A stretch of 48,997 nucleotides of DNA, taken from NCBI GenBank assembly GCA_041550515.1, contig JBFEOQ010000001.1, forward strand, positions 1 through 48,997, in the 5' to 3' direction. Shown in pieces: positions 30,718-41,126 of this stretch. Within the stretch, counting starts at the first letter, position 1; each line of letters starts with the position of its first letter. The notes beneath the pieces are model-generated. The model saw nothing but the letters and a program-made list of their open reading frames with translations, made no database searches and was not told the DNA's origin. Origin of the DNA: Thermoplasmatota archaeon (GTDB lineage: Archaea; Thermoplasmatota; E2; DHVEG-1). The position numbers and the translations under genes were made by a program.

Positions 30718-31063
30718 TAAAAACTTAAAATCAAATATTTTAAAAAATGGATTTAATAAAATATATTATATTTATATTTATCATATTAAAAATAATATAA
30801 ATTATTATAATTAGAGGGAGTTAACTACTTTACCCATAAATAAAACTGTAACTGTTTCTTTTTGTTGTAGTATATTCCTAAAAAAATTGCAACTATAAGG
30901 ATTGATATGATTCCAATAGAGTAAAATTTTTTCATATTTATACTTTCACTTATCTTATTATATTATTTGTAAGTATTTAAAAACCTTTTTTTGTTCGGAA
31001 AAAAACAAAAGAAATATTAAATAAAAAATAATAAATTAAAAAGAGATAGTTTACTTCATTATA

Positions 31064-31642
31064 TTATATGTTGGCGAATGTTTTATTCTCCTTTAAATAA
31101 TTCCAATTTTTATAATTAGAGTATCTGGTTTTTTCAATATTATTAATACCATTTTCACCATTGCTGAATCTATCAATTAATATTCCTTCAATATCTCTAA
31201 CAATTATTTCTGTTTCATCTTCTGAAAAATCAGCTGTAAAAATTTTACCATTCGTATAGATAATACCTTGTTCTGAATTATAAATTGGTTTTTTTTCAAA
31301 GAGTATTTCTGTATCAAAATCCATGATGTCCTCTAAGGTTTTAAGCTGATATGCATCTTCTGCCATTCCAATCATTGTTCTAAATACACGAATTTTCTTT
31401 GGATCGGATTCATTATTTATCTGATTTTTAATATTTGAGATAATTGCAGGTATATCTTGTTGATTTAGATTTAGCAGAATATTTTTCCAAAACCAATTAT
31501 ATACTTTACTTGCACGAGCGTTAATATGTTCTGGAAGTTTGTCAGGCCATATAATAATTCTACCATTTATTATACGATGTTTTTTACGCCATTCATTTCT
31601 TTGTCGATCTAGTTCTTTTTTTCTATCATTGGTTTGGGTAAT
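31064..31642 (-). CDS. Hypothetical protein of about 192 aa, probable ATT start
   Basis: The frame of track ORF 31064..31375 stays open for 89 more codons (ITQTNDRKKELDRQRNEWRKKHRIINGRIIIWPDKLPEH...) to an ATT preceded by GAAGGTGA. Confidence 0.6.
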   Translation of the reverse strand: MTQTNDRKKELDRQRNEWRKKHRIINGRIIIWPDKLPEHINARASKVYNWFWKNILLNLNQQDIPAIISNIKNQINNESDPKKIRVFRTMIGMAEDAYQLKTLEDIMDFDTEILFEKKPIYNSEQGIIYTNGKIFTADFSEDETEIIVRDIEGILIDRFSNGENGINNIEKTRYSNYKNWNYLKENKTFANI

Positions 31643-31751
31643 TATTTCACCTTCTAATCAATATCTGATATTTATTCAACTAATATATAAAAATATTGCT
31701 AATTATGTTTCGACTATTACCGTAATATTCATAATATTTTAAAAAATTAAT

Positions 31752-32831
31752 TCATTTATTCGAATAACGATATTCAATATTACAGCTACCTTCCGTACTT
31801 ACCATACAAGGACCAACAGGTGTTTCAGGTGTGCATGCCTGACCAAACAAAGGACAATCGAAAGGAGTGACTAAACCTCTTAAAAGTTCACCACAGAGAC
31901 AACCCTCTGGTTCATGTAACTCTTTGTTTTCTAAATCCTTCAAAATATCCTTATATTTAACTGTTGCATCAAAAGATTCATATTTTTTCTTAATTTTAAG
32001 ACCAGATTTAGGAATTACTGGAAAACCCCGCCATTTAATATCACAAGGTTCAAAAACTTCATTTAAAACTTTCTGAGCTTTAATATTTCCCTCAGGATGA
32101 ACAACCCTATTATATTCATTTTCGACATATGTTTTACCTTGTTTAATTTGTTTAACTAGCATCCAACAGCTCATGAGAACATCAATTGGTTCAAAGCCAG
32201 CAATAACTTGTGGAATACAATAATCTTTAGATATAAATTCATAAGGTTTAGTTCCTGTAATTGTTGAAACATGACCAGGTTCAATAATTCCATCAAGATT
32301 AAGTTCACCCATATCAAGAATAGTCTTAAGTGCATAAGGCATAGTACGATGACAACAAAATATACTAAAATTTTTTGGAGGATTACTAATGATCGTTGCA
32401 GCTGTGGTAGGAGCTGTAGTTTCAAATCCAACACCCATAAAAACAACATCTTTAGATGGATTCTCATATGCAATTTTTACAGCATCTTCTATACCATAAA
32501 TAGTACGAATATCATAACCTTCTGCTTTCATATCTCCAAGGGATTTATTCTCCCCGGGAACATTAATCATATCTCCAAAACTTGTAACAATTTCCCCATT
32601 TTCAGCAATTAGAAGCATTTTTTCTATTTCCAAAGTTGTTGTAACGCAAACTGGACAACCAGGTCCTTGACTAACAGTTACACCACTTTTTTTTAAAAGA
32701 CTGTTAAGTCCATGTTTTACAAGAGTATCCTGATGTGTTCCACATACATGCATAAATTTTGCTTTAATTTTCTCGTTTTTAATCTTTGATATAATATCTT
32801 TTCCAAGATTTTTATCACTAAGAGAAAACAA
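31752..32831 (-). CDS. hypD: Hydrogenase maturation protein HypD
   Basis: HVCGTH, GPGCPVC, GFETTAP, PGHVS, GPCMVSTEGSC. Confidence 0.96.
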   Translation of the reverse strand: MFSLSDKNLGKDIISKIKNEKIKAKFMHVCGTHQDTLVKHGLNSLLKKSGVTVSQGPGCPVCVTTTLEIEKMLLIAENGEIVTSFGDMINVPGENKSLGDMKAEGYDIRTIYGIEDAVKIAYENPSKDVVFMGVGFETTAPTTAATIISNPPKNFSIFCCHRTMPYALKTILDMGELNLDGIIEPGHVSTITGTKPYEFISKDYCIPQVIAGFEPIDVLMSCWMLVKQIKQGKTYVENEYNRVVHPEGNIKAQKVLNEVFEPCDIKWRGFPVIPKSGLKIKKKYESFDATVKYKDILKDLENKELHEPEGCLCGELLRGLVTPFDCPLFGQACTPETPVGPCMVSTEGSCNIEYRYSNK

Positions 32832-32833
32832 TT

Positions 32834-33067
32834 TTATTTTTCCTCCTCATAAGATAATATTTCCCTAAAAAGATCAATAGTTTCTTTTACATCTTTTTTA
32901 TTTAAAACCTCGATAGCAAAACCTGCATGAACTAATATATAATCTCCAATTTTAACATCAACTAAAGAAATATTTGCCTTACGTTTTGTACCTTCCCCAT
33001 AATCAATAAACGCATGCTCTTTGTTGTTATCAATTTCAACAACTTTTCCAGGTATTGCTAAACACAC
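32834..33067 (-). CDS. hypC: Hydrogenase chaperone HypC
   Basis: GTG start gives MCLAIPG; GDYILVHAGFAI. Confidence 0.94.
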   Translation of the reverse strand: MCLAIPGKVVEIDNNKEHAFIDYGEGTKRKANISLVDVKIGDYILVHAGFAIEVLNKKDVKETIDLFREILSYEEEK

Positions 33068-33105
33068 AAGCACCGGGTATGATAATACATATTATAAAAC
33101 TATGG

Positions 33106-33594
33106 TTAATAATTTATAGATTCAGATTTTATTAATAATCTATAAATCCTCCCCAAATATGAGGGGGCAGGAGCAAATATACTCATAATTCTTCTCATAA
33201 AATAGTTATCTTCATTAGTTAAGAAGAAAACTACAATTGGAGCTCGATTTCCTTCTATATTAGAAATTCTTCTAATTAAAAAGGATTTTACTGAAATAAT
33301 TGTAATATTACCGATTTGTTCTTGCTCAAGATTATGCATAATACATTACAATATTAAGTATTTATTATTATTTTTGAATATTCTACCTAAATAACCTTGG
33401 TAATCAAACTGCCATTCATCATTTTCTTTATAAATTTGACCAAATCCTCCACCAAATTTACCATCTTCAAAAAACGTTAATTTTAAAATAATTTCTTTCT
33501 CAGAATAATCAAGTGTTTTAATCGACTAAGTACTATATACAGAAGTTGAAAGAATAACTAAACATACAAAAATAAAAATTATTGGATTTTTCAT
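33106..33594 (-). pseudogene. Decayed gene for a secreted hypothetical protein
   Basis: ATG 33594 with GGAG SD and a signal-peptide-like MKNPIIFIFVCLVILSTSVYST. In-frame stops TAG (33526-28) and TAA (33346-48), then the same frame continues into track ORF 33106..33339. Confidence 0.65.
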
Positions 33595-33785
33595 GTCTTT
33601 TCTCCAATATTTTGCTTTAAATTATTATATTAATAAACTTTTACCCATAACTTTGATAAACTAGGATTATAACAATGAAAAAGTTATAAAAATTGTATTT
33701 TAAATTAGACAGTTAAAGCTAAATAGATCAATATATTTTAGACCCCTCAATTAATTAAAATTGGATTTATAGGTAGTTTGATCTT

Positions 33786-35312
33786 ATGAAAGAATTAGAA
33801 AAAATCTCATCGGTATGTCCAGCATGTTACCAAGAAGGATTAATTAAGAAAATAGATGCAAAAATTGTTGAAGAAAATGGTAAAGTCTACATTCTTAAGA
33901 ACTGTGATAAACATGGAAACTTTAAGGATATATATTTTTCAGATGTAAATTTGTATAATAAGTGGTTTAAATATTTAGTAACAGGTAGTTATGCACCAGA
34001 CGTAAAAACTCATGTTTTTGATGAACCAGCTCTATATGATAAGCATATGTCTCAGAGTGTTTTAACAAATCTATTAATAACAAATCGTTGTGATCTAAGA
34101 TGCGGATATTGCTTTATGAATGCTGGTGCCTCAGGTCGTGTTTATGAACCTTCTATAGAAAAAATCCGTGAAATGATGATAATGGCTCGAAATGAGAGAC
34201 CGACAGGATCAAAAGCTATACAGATAACTGGTGGTGAACCCACAATAAGAGAAGACATACTAGAAATAGTAAAAATGGCAAAAGAAGTAGGATATTCGCA
34301 TGTTCAAGTAAATACTAATGGTATGAAACTTGCGGAAAGTGTTGAATTTTGTCAAGCTTTAAAAGATGCAAAAGTTAATACAATCTACATGAGTTTTGAC
34401 GGTGTAACAAAAGAAACTAATCCATGGATTGAAAAAAACATAAAAGCAATTGAAAATTTACGAAAAGTTAATCTTAAATGTGTATTAGTCCCTGTGTTAA
34501 TAGGAGGCAAAAACCTTCATCAAACAGGAAAAATCATAAAATTTGCACTAGACAATATGGATATTATACGTGGTGTAAACTTCCAACCAATCAGTTTTTG
34601 CGGTCGTATAACAAAAATAAAAGATGATAAAAGAGAAAAACAGCGTGTTGACTATGTTATGATGATGGAGGCAATTGAAAAAGAATTTAAAGGTAAAATT
34701 TCTCGTGATGATTTTTATCCCGTCCCATTTGTTTTTCCTGTTTCAAAATTAATAGAGATACTAAAAGGAAAATCACAGGTTGAATTTACCGCTCATCCAG
34801 GATGTGGAGGTGCAACATATATTTTTATCGATGATAATGGCGATCCTTTACCAGTTACTCGCTTCATCGATGTAAAATCACTATTAGATTTTATTAACAA
34901 GCAAAGTGAAATAAAAGGTCCTCTAAAAAAGATAAGAATAGCAGGAACTTTCTTAAGAAATATTGACGGTTTTGTAGATTATAGTAAAGCACCACATGGT
35001 TTTAATCTTAAAAAATTGCTAAAGGATGCTGCTATCGGTGGAAGCTATGATTCTCTCCGTGGTTTTCATTATAAATCTTTGTTTGTAGGAAGTATGTGGT
35101 TTCAGGATGCATTTAATCTTAATATCGATCGTTTACAGCGATGTGTTATCCATTATGCAACTGAAGAAGGAATCGTACCATTTTGTACATATAATGGTAT
35201 AGGTATCGGTGATAAGATACGTGAGAAACACTCATTTACAATAAAAGAATGGGAAGAACAAACTGGTCGAAAAATTAAAGATGATCTTAGAAAAGATGTG
35301 CCATTAGCCTAA
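33786..35312 (+). CDS. tes: Radical SAM protein, tetraether lipid synthase (Tes/GDGT-MAS) homologue
   Basis: CPAC...CDKHG rubredoxin-like site, TNRCDLRCGYCF, QITGGEPT, NFQPISFCGR, HPGCG, MWFQD, RCVIHY, PFCTYN. Confidence 0.78.
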   Translation: MKELEKISSVCPACYQEGLIKKIDAKIVEENGKVYILKNCDKHGNFKDIYFSDVNLYNKWFKYLVTGSYAPDVKTHVFDEPALYDKHMSQSVLTNLLITNRCDLRCGYCFMNAGASGRVYEPSIEKIREMMIMARNERPTGSKAIQITGGEPTIREDILEIVKMAKEVGYSHVQVNTNGMKLAESVEFCQALKDAKVNTIYMSFDGVTKETNPWIEKNIKAIENLRKVNLKCVLVPVLIGGKNLHQTGKIIKFALDNMDIIRGVNFQPISFCGRITKIKDDKREKQRVDYVMMMEAIEKEFKGKISRDDFYPVPFVFPVSKLIEILKGKSQVEFTAHPGCGGATYIFIDDNGDPLPVTRFIDVKSLLDFINKQSEIKGPLKKIRIAGTFLRNIDGFVDYSKAPHGFNLKKLLKDAAIGGSYDSLRGFHYKSLFVGSMWFQDAFNLNIDRLQRCVIHYATEEGIVPFCTYNGIGIGDKIREKHSFTIKEWEEQTGRKIKDDLRKDVPLA

Positions 35313-35496
35313 ATTTTTAAATATTATTTTCAAATTATTTTTAGGATTGTCTGATTAATTAGAAATATTAATTTTTCTAATTAAGATGGATTACATAAAA
35401 ATTCATATCAAGGATAATAACTAATAAAAAAAAAATTAATATAATATCGATTGTTTTTATAGTTGCTATATTTTCAATAAATCAAATTTATTATTC

Positions 35497-36267
35497 TTAA
35501 TGTCCAAAATAAATTTTAATAAACCACATTAAGAGAATTCCAAAGATAAATATTATTAATGTTATTAGGTATTTTTTATAATCTAACTCTTTTTTAATCT
35601 CAGGGATTAAATCTGTTGCAGCGATATAAATAAATCCTCCAGCTGCAAATGGAAGTAAAAATATAGTTGCATCATCTATTGCTCTTGATATAATAAATCC
35701 GATTATTCCGCCAATTATCGCAGTTGCTGCGATAATGAAATTTAATATAATTGCTTTTTTCTTTTTAAACCCACCATAAATAAGCACACCAAAGTCGCCA
35801 ATTTCTTGAGGGATTTCATGTGCCACTATCGCAAAGGTGGTTGTAATACCTAGTTCAATTGAAGTTACAAAACTTGCTGCAAGTATCAGACCATCTATAA
35901 AATTATGTACACTGTCACCAATTAAATTCATGTAATGGAATGTATGGATATCACAACTTTCCTTATGACAATGTCTCCAATGAAGAACTTTCTCAATTAT
36001 AAAAAATAAAATAAACCCAACAATAACAAAAATAAAAATTTCTAAAGGTATTTCCATATGACCTTCGTGTTCATAAATAGATTTTTCAATAGCCTCAGGT
36101 ATAAGATGTAAAAAAGCACCAGCCATAAGAGCACCGGCAGATAAACTTACTAAAAATAAAAGTATTTTATTTAGTACTTTTTCTTTTAAAGCAAGTGTAA
36201 ATATTCCTATAAATGAAACTAACGATATTAGAATAGTTGTAATAATTATATACGCAAGTGTTATCAT
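35497..36267 (-). CDS. ZIP-family metal transporter
   Basis: HLIPEA, His-rich loop HWRHCH, HNFIDG, HEIPQEIGDF. Confidence 0.92.
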   Translation of the reverse strand: MITLAYIIITTILISLVSFIGIFTLALKEKVLNKILLFLVSLSAGALMAGAFLHLIPEAIEKSIYEHEGHMEIPLEIFIFVIVGFILFFIIEKVLHWRHCHKESCDIHTFHYMNLIGDSVHNFIDGLILAASFVTSIELGITTTFAIVAHEIPQEIGDFGVLIYGGFKKKKAIILNFIIAATAIIGGIIGFIISRAIDDATIFLLPFAAGGFIYIAATDLIPEIKKELDYKKYLITLIIFIFGILLMWFIKIYFGH

Positions 36268-36279
36268 TTTATAAATCCT

Positions 36280-36972
36280 CTATTTTTCAATTGAATATTC
36301 AACTGCTTTTTTAGCATGAATAATTGTTGTATTAAAAACAGGTATATCAATATCACTACTTTTTAATAAAAGTGGAATTTCTGTACAACCCAAAATTATT
36401 CCTCTTGCACCCTTTGAAATTAGCTTATTAATGATTTTCAGTAGCTTTTGTTTTGAAGATTTTTCAATAATATTAAAAGTTAATTCCTCTGAGATTATAT
36501 TATTTATTATATCTTGATCTTTAATATCAGGGATTATTGTTTCAATCTCATATTTATCTTTTAAACGTTTTTTATAAAAATCTTCACTCATAGTAATTTT
36601 AGTACCTATCAAACCAACTTTTTTTATGTTTTTTTCAAAGATTTTTTTCCCAGTTTCATCAATAATATTAATTAAAGGAATTTTAATGTTATTTTCAACT
36701 TCATCTGCTATTTTATGAATTGTATTAGCACAAATGATAATAAGTTGTGCACCTGCTTTTTCTAAAGTTTTTGCTGCATAAATAATTGACTTAGTAATTT
36801 CATTCCAATTGTCATGGTTTTTAATTATAGTTTCTTCAAAATCAATTGAAAATAAAATACAAATAGCAGAATGTTTTCCACCTAGTTTTTCATTAATTTC
36901 TTCATTAATAATTCTATAGTATTCTAGGGTTGAGATCCAAGTTGTTCCGCCTATTAGACCGATTATTTTCAT
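36280..36972 (-). CDS. Aspartate/glutamate racemase family protein
   Basis: IGLIGG, CANT, LGCTEIP two-Cys active site. Confidence 0.9.
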   Translation of the reverse strand: MKIIGLIGGTTWISTLEYYRIINEEINEKLGGKHSAICILFSIDFEETIIKNHDNWNEITKSIIYAAKTLEKAGAQLIIICANTIHKIADEVENNIKIPLINIIDETGKKIFEKNIKKVGLIGTKITMSEDFYKKRLKDKYEIETIIPDIKDQDIINNIISEELTFNIIEKSSKQKLLKIINKLISKGARGIILGCTEIPLLLKSSDIDIPVFNTTIIHAKKAVEYSIEK

Positions 36973-36983
36973 ATCAAAATCCT

Positions 36984-37892
36984 TTAACTAAATAAATCGG
37001 TTGTAAGATATCTATCTCCACGATCTGGGAAAATAACAACAATTACACCACTATTTGCATTTTTTGCAGTTTCTACTGCTGCAAGCATTGCTGCGCCACT
37101 ACTCATACCAGCAAAAATTCCTTCTTTTCTAGCAAGTTCTCTTGTCATCTCAAATGCATCCTCTGATTCAATCATAACCTCTATATCAATCATAGAGGGA
37201 TCATAAATAGAAGGTATAATTGCTTCTTCCATATTCTTTAGACCTTGTATATAATGTCCTTTAACAGGATGAGCACAAACAATTTTTACTTTAGGATTAT
37301 ATTCCTTCAAATATTTTCCTACACCCATAATTGTTCCAGATGTCCCGATCGCACTGACAAAATAATCAACTTTACTACTGGTTTGATTAAGAATTTCACA
37401 CGCTGTAGTTTCATAGTGAGCCATTTTATTATAATGATTTGTAAATTGATCTGTACAAAAATATTTATCTGGATATTTTTCTCTAAGTTCTCTGACTTTC
37501 ATAATAGCACCATCAGTACCTTTATCTGCAGGAGTTAAAATCACATTTCCACCAAAAGCTGTTATCATTTTTCTACGTTCGATAGAAACTGCTTCACTCA
37601 TTACAATTTCAACTTTGTAACCTTTTACCACACCAATCATCGCAAGAGAAATACCTGTATTACCAGATGTCGCCTCAATTATCGTTTTACCTTTGACTAG
37701 TGCGCATTCTGATTCAGCTTGTTTAATCATTTTTAATGCAATTCTATCTTTTATGCTTCCTCCAGGATTATTACCCTCAAGTTTTGCATAAATAATCGTA
37801 TTAATATTAGGGTTAAGCTTATTTATTCTAACCATTGGAGTATTTCCGATTAAGTCAATAATAGTTCTTCCAATATTCTTATTTGAAATCAT
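36984..37892 (-). CDS. Cysteine synthase family protein (CysK/CysM)
   Basis: IGNTP, NPGGSIKDR PLP lysine, TSGNTG, GTSGT, PDRGDRY. Confidence 0.92.
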   Translation of the reverse strand: MISNKNIGRTIIDLIGNTPMVRINKLNPNINTIIYAKLEGNNPGGSIKDRIALKMIKQAESECALVKGKTIIEATSGNTGISLAMIGVVKGYKVEIVMSEAVSIERRKMITAFGGNVILTPADKGTDGAIMKVRELREKYPDKYFCTDQFTNHYNKMAHYETTACEILNQTSSKVDYFVSAIGTSGTIMGVGKYLKEYNPKVKIVCAHPVKGHYIQGLKNMEEAIIPSIYDPSMIDIEVMIESEDAFEMTRELARKEGIFAGMSSGAAMLAAVETAKNANSGVIVVIFPDRGDRYLTTDLFS

Positions 37893-37906
37893 ATTTTACA
37901 CCAAAT

Positions 37907-38245
37907 TTACTTAAAAGGAATAAGGCAAGTAAACTTCAATATTTTTTTCCCTGTATTTTTAAACTGATGCCATTCCATGTGTTTGACAAAAAAAACATCG
38001 CCTTCTTTAAAATTTTTTTCATTCTTTTTATTATGAGCAACACTTTCACCCTGGAAAATAAAAACTTCATGTTCCCAATTATGTTGATGTAAAGGACAAT
38101 AACCAACTGGTTTAATTTCAAATAAACTCATAGCAAAATTTTTTGCATCATCTTTTTTTGAAATAAGTCCACGAACCTTTAAATCTTTAATTACTTCTTC
38201 ATTAGTTAATTCTAAATCGACATCAGAATAATTTACATGTTTCAT
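37907..38245 (-). CDS. Cupin domain protein
   Basis: HQHNWEHE and downstream H metal-binding motif. Confidence 0.85.
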   Translation of the reverse strand: MKHVNYSDVDLELTNEEVIKDLKVRGLISKKDDAKNFAMSLFEIKPVGYCPLHQHNWEHEVFIFQGESVAHNKKNEKNFKEGDVFFVKHMEWHQFKNTGKKILKFTCLIPFK

Positions 38246-38362
38246 TAAAAATCAAATTCCTATTCTTTTAACTTATTTAAAATATATCAAAATAATTAAC
38301 AAATTTTACAATAAAAAAAACAACCAAACTAATCTTAATATACTACAAACCAATAGTCTAAT

Positions 38363-39127
38363 ATGAAATTAATATCTTGGAATGTAAATGGAATACGGGC
38401 AGCAGATAAAAAAGGTCTTTTTACTTTTATTCAAAAGTTAAAACCAGATATTATTTGTTTACAAGAAATCAAAGCAAAATCAGAGCAATTACCACCACAT
38501 CTTAAAAATACTCCAGGATACAGTGTATTTATTAATCCTGCAGAACGAAAAGGCTATAGTGGAGTTGCAACTTACACAAAATACAAACCCAATAATATAA
38601 AGAATGGTTTTGGAATAAAAAAATTTGACAGTGAAGGAAGGATCCTAATTACCGAGTATCAAGACTTTACTCTTTTTAATATATACTTTCCAAATGGCAA
38701 AAAAAATCAGGAGAGGCTAGACTATAAACTTGATTTTTACAATACTTTTTTAGGCTATGCAGATAACTTAAAAGCAGAAGGAAAAAATATCATAGTATGT
38801 GGAGATTTTAATACGGCTCACAAAGAAATAGATTTAGCTAGGCCAAAAGAAAACCAAAAAATATCAGGTTTTTTACCGATAGAACGCGCTTGGATAGATA
38901 CCTTCATCGAGCATGGTTACATAGATACATTTAGATATTTTAATAAAAAATCTGAACAATATAGCTGGTGGGATATGAAGACAAAAGCAAGGGAAAGAAA
39001 CGTTGGTTGGAGGATTGATTATTTTTTTGTTAATCAAGAATTTATAAGTCACATTAAAAAAGCTTTCATCATGAAAGATATACTTGGTTCAGATCACTGT
39101 CCTGTAGGAATAGAAATTGAGGTATGA
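38363..39127 (+). CDS. xth: Exodeoxyribonuclease III / AP endonuclease
   Basis: SWNVNG, LQEIK, YFPNG, GDFN, GWRIDY, GSDHCP. Confidence 0.95.
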   Translation: MKLISWNVNGIRAADKKGLFTFIQKLKPDIICLQEIKAKSEQLPPHLKNTPGYSVFINPAERKGYSGVATYTKYKPNNIKNGFGIKKFDSEGRILITEYQDFTLFNIYFPNGKKNQERLDYKLDFYNTFLGYADNLKAEGKNIIVCGDFNTAHKEIDLARPKENQKISGFLPIERAWIDTFIEHGYIDTFRYFNKKSEQYSWWDMKTKARERNVGWRIDYFFVNQEFISHIKKAFIMKDILGSDHCPVGIEIEV

Positions 39128-40634
39128 CGAAATGAAAGAATCACTGGATTTTATTTATAAACAACAAAAAGAACTTTCAATTATAAATGGAATTGGTGCA
39201 CTTTTAGGCTGGGATCAAATGACATATATGCCTCTTAAGGGTGCAGACGATCGCTCAAACCAAACTGCATTTATATCAAAAATGTCACATGAAAAAATAA
39301 TATCAGATGAATTTTGGAAACATATTCAAAATTTATCAAGAAACACAGAGAATTTATTAGACAAAGATAAAAATGTTGTAAAACGTTTAAAAAAAGATAT
39401 TGAAAAACAAAGAAAAGTTCCTTCTGAATTTGTTGAACGTTCTGCTAAAACTAAAACACTTGCATATCAGTCATGGGAAAAAGCTAGAATAAAAAATAAT
39501 TTTAAGATTTTTGAAACAGATCTAAAAAAAATCATAGATCTTGAAAAGGAATACTGCGGATATATTAATTTTCCAGGTCCAAGATATGATTGTCTTTTAG
39601 ATGATTATGAAGAAGGTATGAAAGTTGAAAGATTAGAAAAAGAATTTACATATCTAAAAAAAGGGATAGTCAAAATTCTTAATACAATTAAAGATAGTAA
39701 AATCTTTAAAAAACAACAAGAAATAAAATTTAGATTAAATGAGGAAAATCAAAGATTTCTATGTAATTTAGTTATAGAAAAAATGAAACTTCCTAAAGAT
39801 AGATCAAGGCTTGATGTATCAACGCATCCATTTATGACAAGTATCGGATATGATGATGTAAGAATTACAACTAATTACAAAAGATTAAAACCATTATTTT
39901 CTTTTTTTTCAACAATTCATGAAGCAGGGCATGCTTTATATGAAATGGGGATGCCTAAGGATAAATATAAATATACAGTTATTTCAAATTCACCTTCTCT
40001 TGGTTTACATGAATCCCAATCACGGTTCTGGGAAAACATGATTGGGAGAAACAAAGAATTTTGGAAATTTTTTTATCCAGTTTTTAAAAAAACCAATATA
40101 GAAAATTTTAAAAAAATTGATTTTGATAATTGGTATCATATTATAAATCAGGTTCGTCCTTCTCTTATACGTGTGGAAGCAGACGAGTTAACTTATTGTT
40201 TACATGTGATTCTTCGCTTTGAAATAGAGACAAATTTAATTGAAGAAAAAATTAGTATTAATGAGCTAAGGGAAATATGGAATGAAAAGATGGATGAAAT
40301 GCTAGGTGTCGTGCCTAATAATGATGTGGAGGGTTTATTACAAGATATGCATTGGAGTATAGGTAGTATAGGTTATTTTCCAACTTATGCTATTGGATCT
40401 ATATATTCCTCGCAAATTTTTAAAAAAATGTCGCTGGATAACGAAAATATATTTTCTGAAATTAGAAATGTAGATTTTAATAACATAATAGATTGGTTAA
40501 GAAAAAATATACATAAATATGGTTGTTTAATGGATGCAGATGATATAATTAAAAAAGCATGTGGGCAGGGACTTAATTCAAAAATTTTTGTGGATTATTT
40601 AAAAGATAAATATTATAATATTTATCAGATATAA
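39117..40634 (+). CDS. Carboxypeptidase, M32 family
   Basis: HPF, DVRITT, HEAGH, HESQSR, IRVEADE, QDMHW, GYFPTY. Confidence 0.94.
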   Translation: MRYDEMKESLDFIYKQQKELSIINGIGALLGWDQMTYMPLKGADDRSNQTAFISKMSHEKIISDEFWKHIQNLSRNTENLLDKDKNVVKRLKKDIEKQRKVPSEFVERSAKTKTLAYQSWEKARIKNNFKIFETDLKKIIDLEKEYCGYINFPGPRYDCLLDDYEEGMKVERLEKEFTYLKKGIVKILNTIKDSKIFKKQQEIKFRLNEENQRFLCNLVIEKMKLPKDRSRLDVSTHPFMTSIGYDDVRITTNYKRLKPLFSFFSTIHEAGHALYEMGMPKDKYKYTVISNSPSLGLHESQSRFWENMIGRNKEFWKFFYPVFKKTNIENFKKIDFDNWYHIINQVRPSLIRVEADELTYCLHVILRFEIETNLIEEKISINELREIWNEKMDEMLGVVPNNDVEGLLQDMHWSIGSIGYFPTYAIGSIYSSQIFKKMSLDNENIFSEIRNVDFNNIIDWLRKNIHKYGCLMDADDIIKKACGQGLNSKIFVDYLKDKYYNIYQI

Positions 40635-40747
40635 TTGTTGAATTTAAAAATAAAATCTTTAATTCAAGATTTATTAGTAATGATCAATAATCATTAAATT
40701 AGAAATATTTATTAAACCTATGAATTTACGGGTTTCGGTTAACTAAA

Positions 40748-41095
40748 ATGAACGATGAATCAATTTTTATTAAAAGTGGAGATCAAAAAAAGGAAATTAC
40801 TAGACTTGGTAGAATTTATAGACTCAAAATTAAATCAGAAAAAATTGAGACTATTGTCGCAGAGCTTGAACCAAAAATAGAATCAAGATGGTATCAGCAT
40901 ACAGGAGAAGAAATTCATCTTGTTCTTGAAGGAAAAATGGAATATACTGTTGGTGAAAAAACATTCAAATTAAAAAAAGGAGATATTCTATGGCACAAAT
41001 CAAACTTAAAACATCGTGCAAGAAACATAGGGAATAACAAAGTAAAATATATCACTATCGGTACACCACCCACTATGACAACAAGCGATCTATAA
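40748..41095 (+). CDS. Cupin domain protein
   Basis: HTGEE, GDIL, HRARN pattern. Confidence 0.82.
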   Translation: MNDESIFIKSGDQKKEITRLGRIYRLKIKSEKIETIVAELEPKIESRWYQHTGEEIHLVLEGKMEYTVGEKTFKLKKGDILWHKSNLKHRARNIGNNKVKYITIGTPPTMTTSDL

Positions 41096-41126
41096 AAACA
41101 TTAAACTAAGTAATTTAAAAAAAAGG

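Noticed and set aside
30825-30935. 36-aa minus-strand ORF with a hydrophobic N-terminus (MKKFYSIGIISILIVAIFLG...)
   Set aside because: Too short and in very AT-rich DNA. It could be a gene remnant but I cannot support it.
37907-38245. Cupin with apparent substitutions at usually conserved Gly/Trp/Arg positions, as a possible incipient pseudogene
   Set aside because: The frame and metal ligands are intact; judging this needs an alignment.
40635-40700. Imperfect inverted repeats upstream of the cupin gene
   Set aside because: Almost entirely A/T, so chance is likely.
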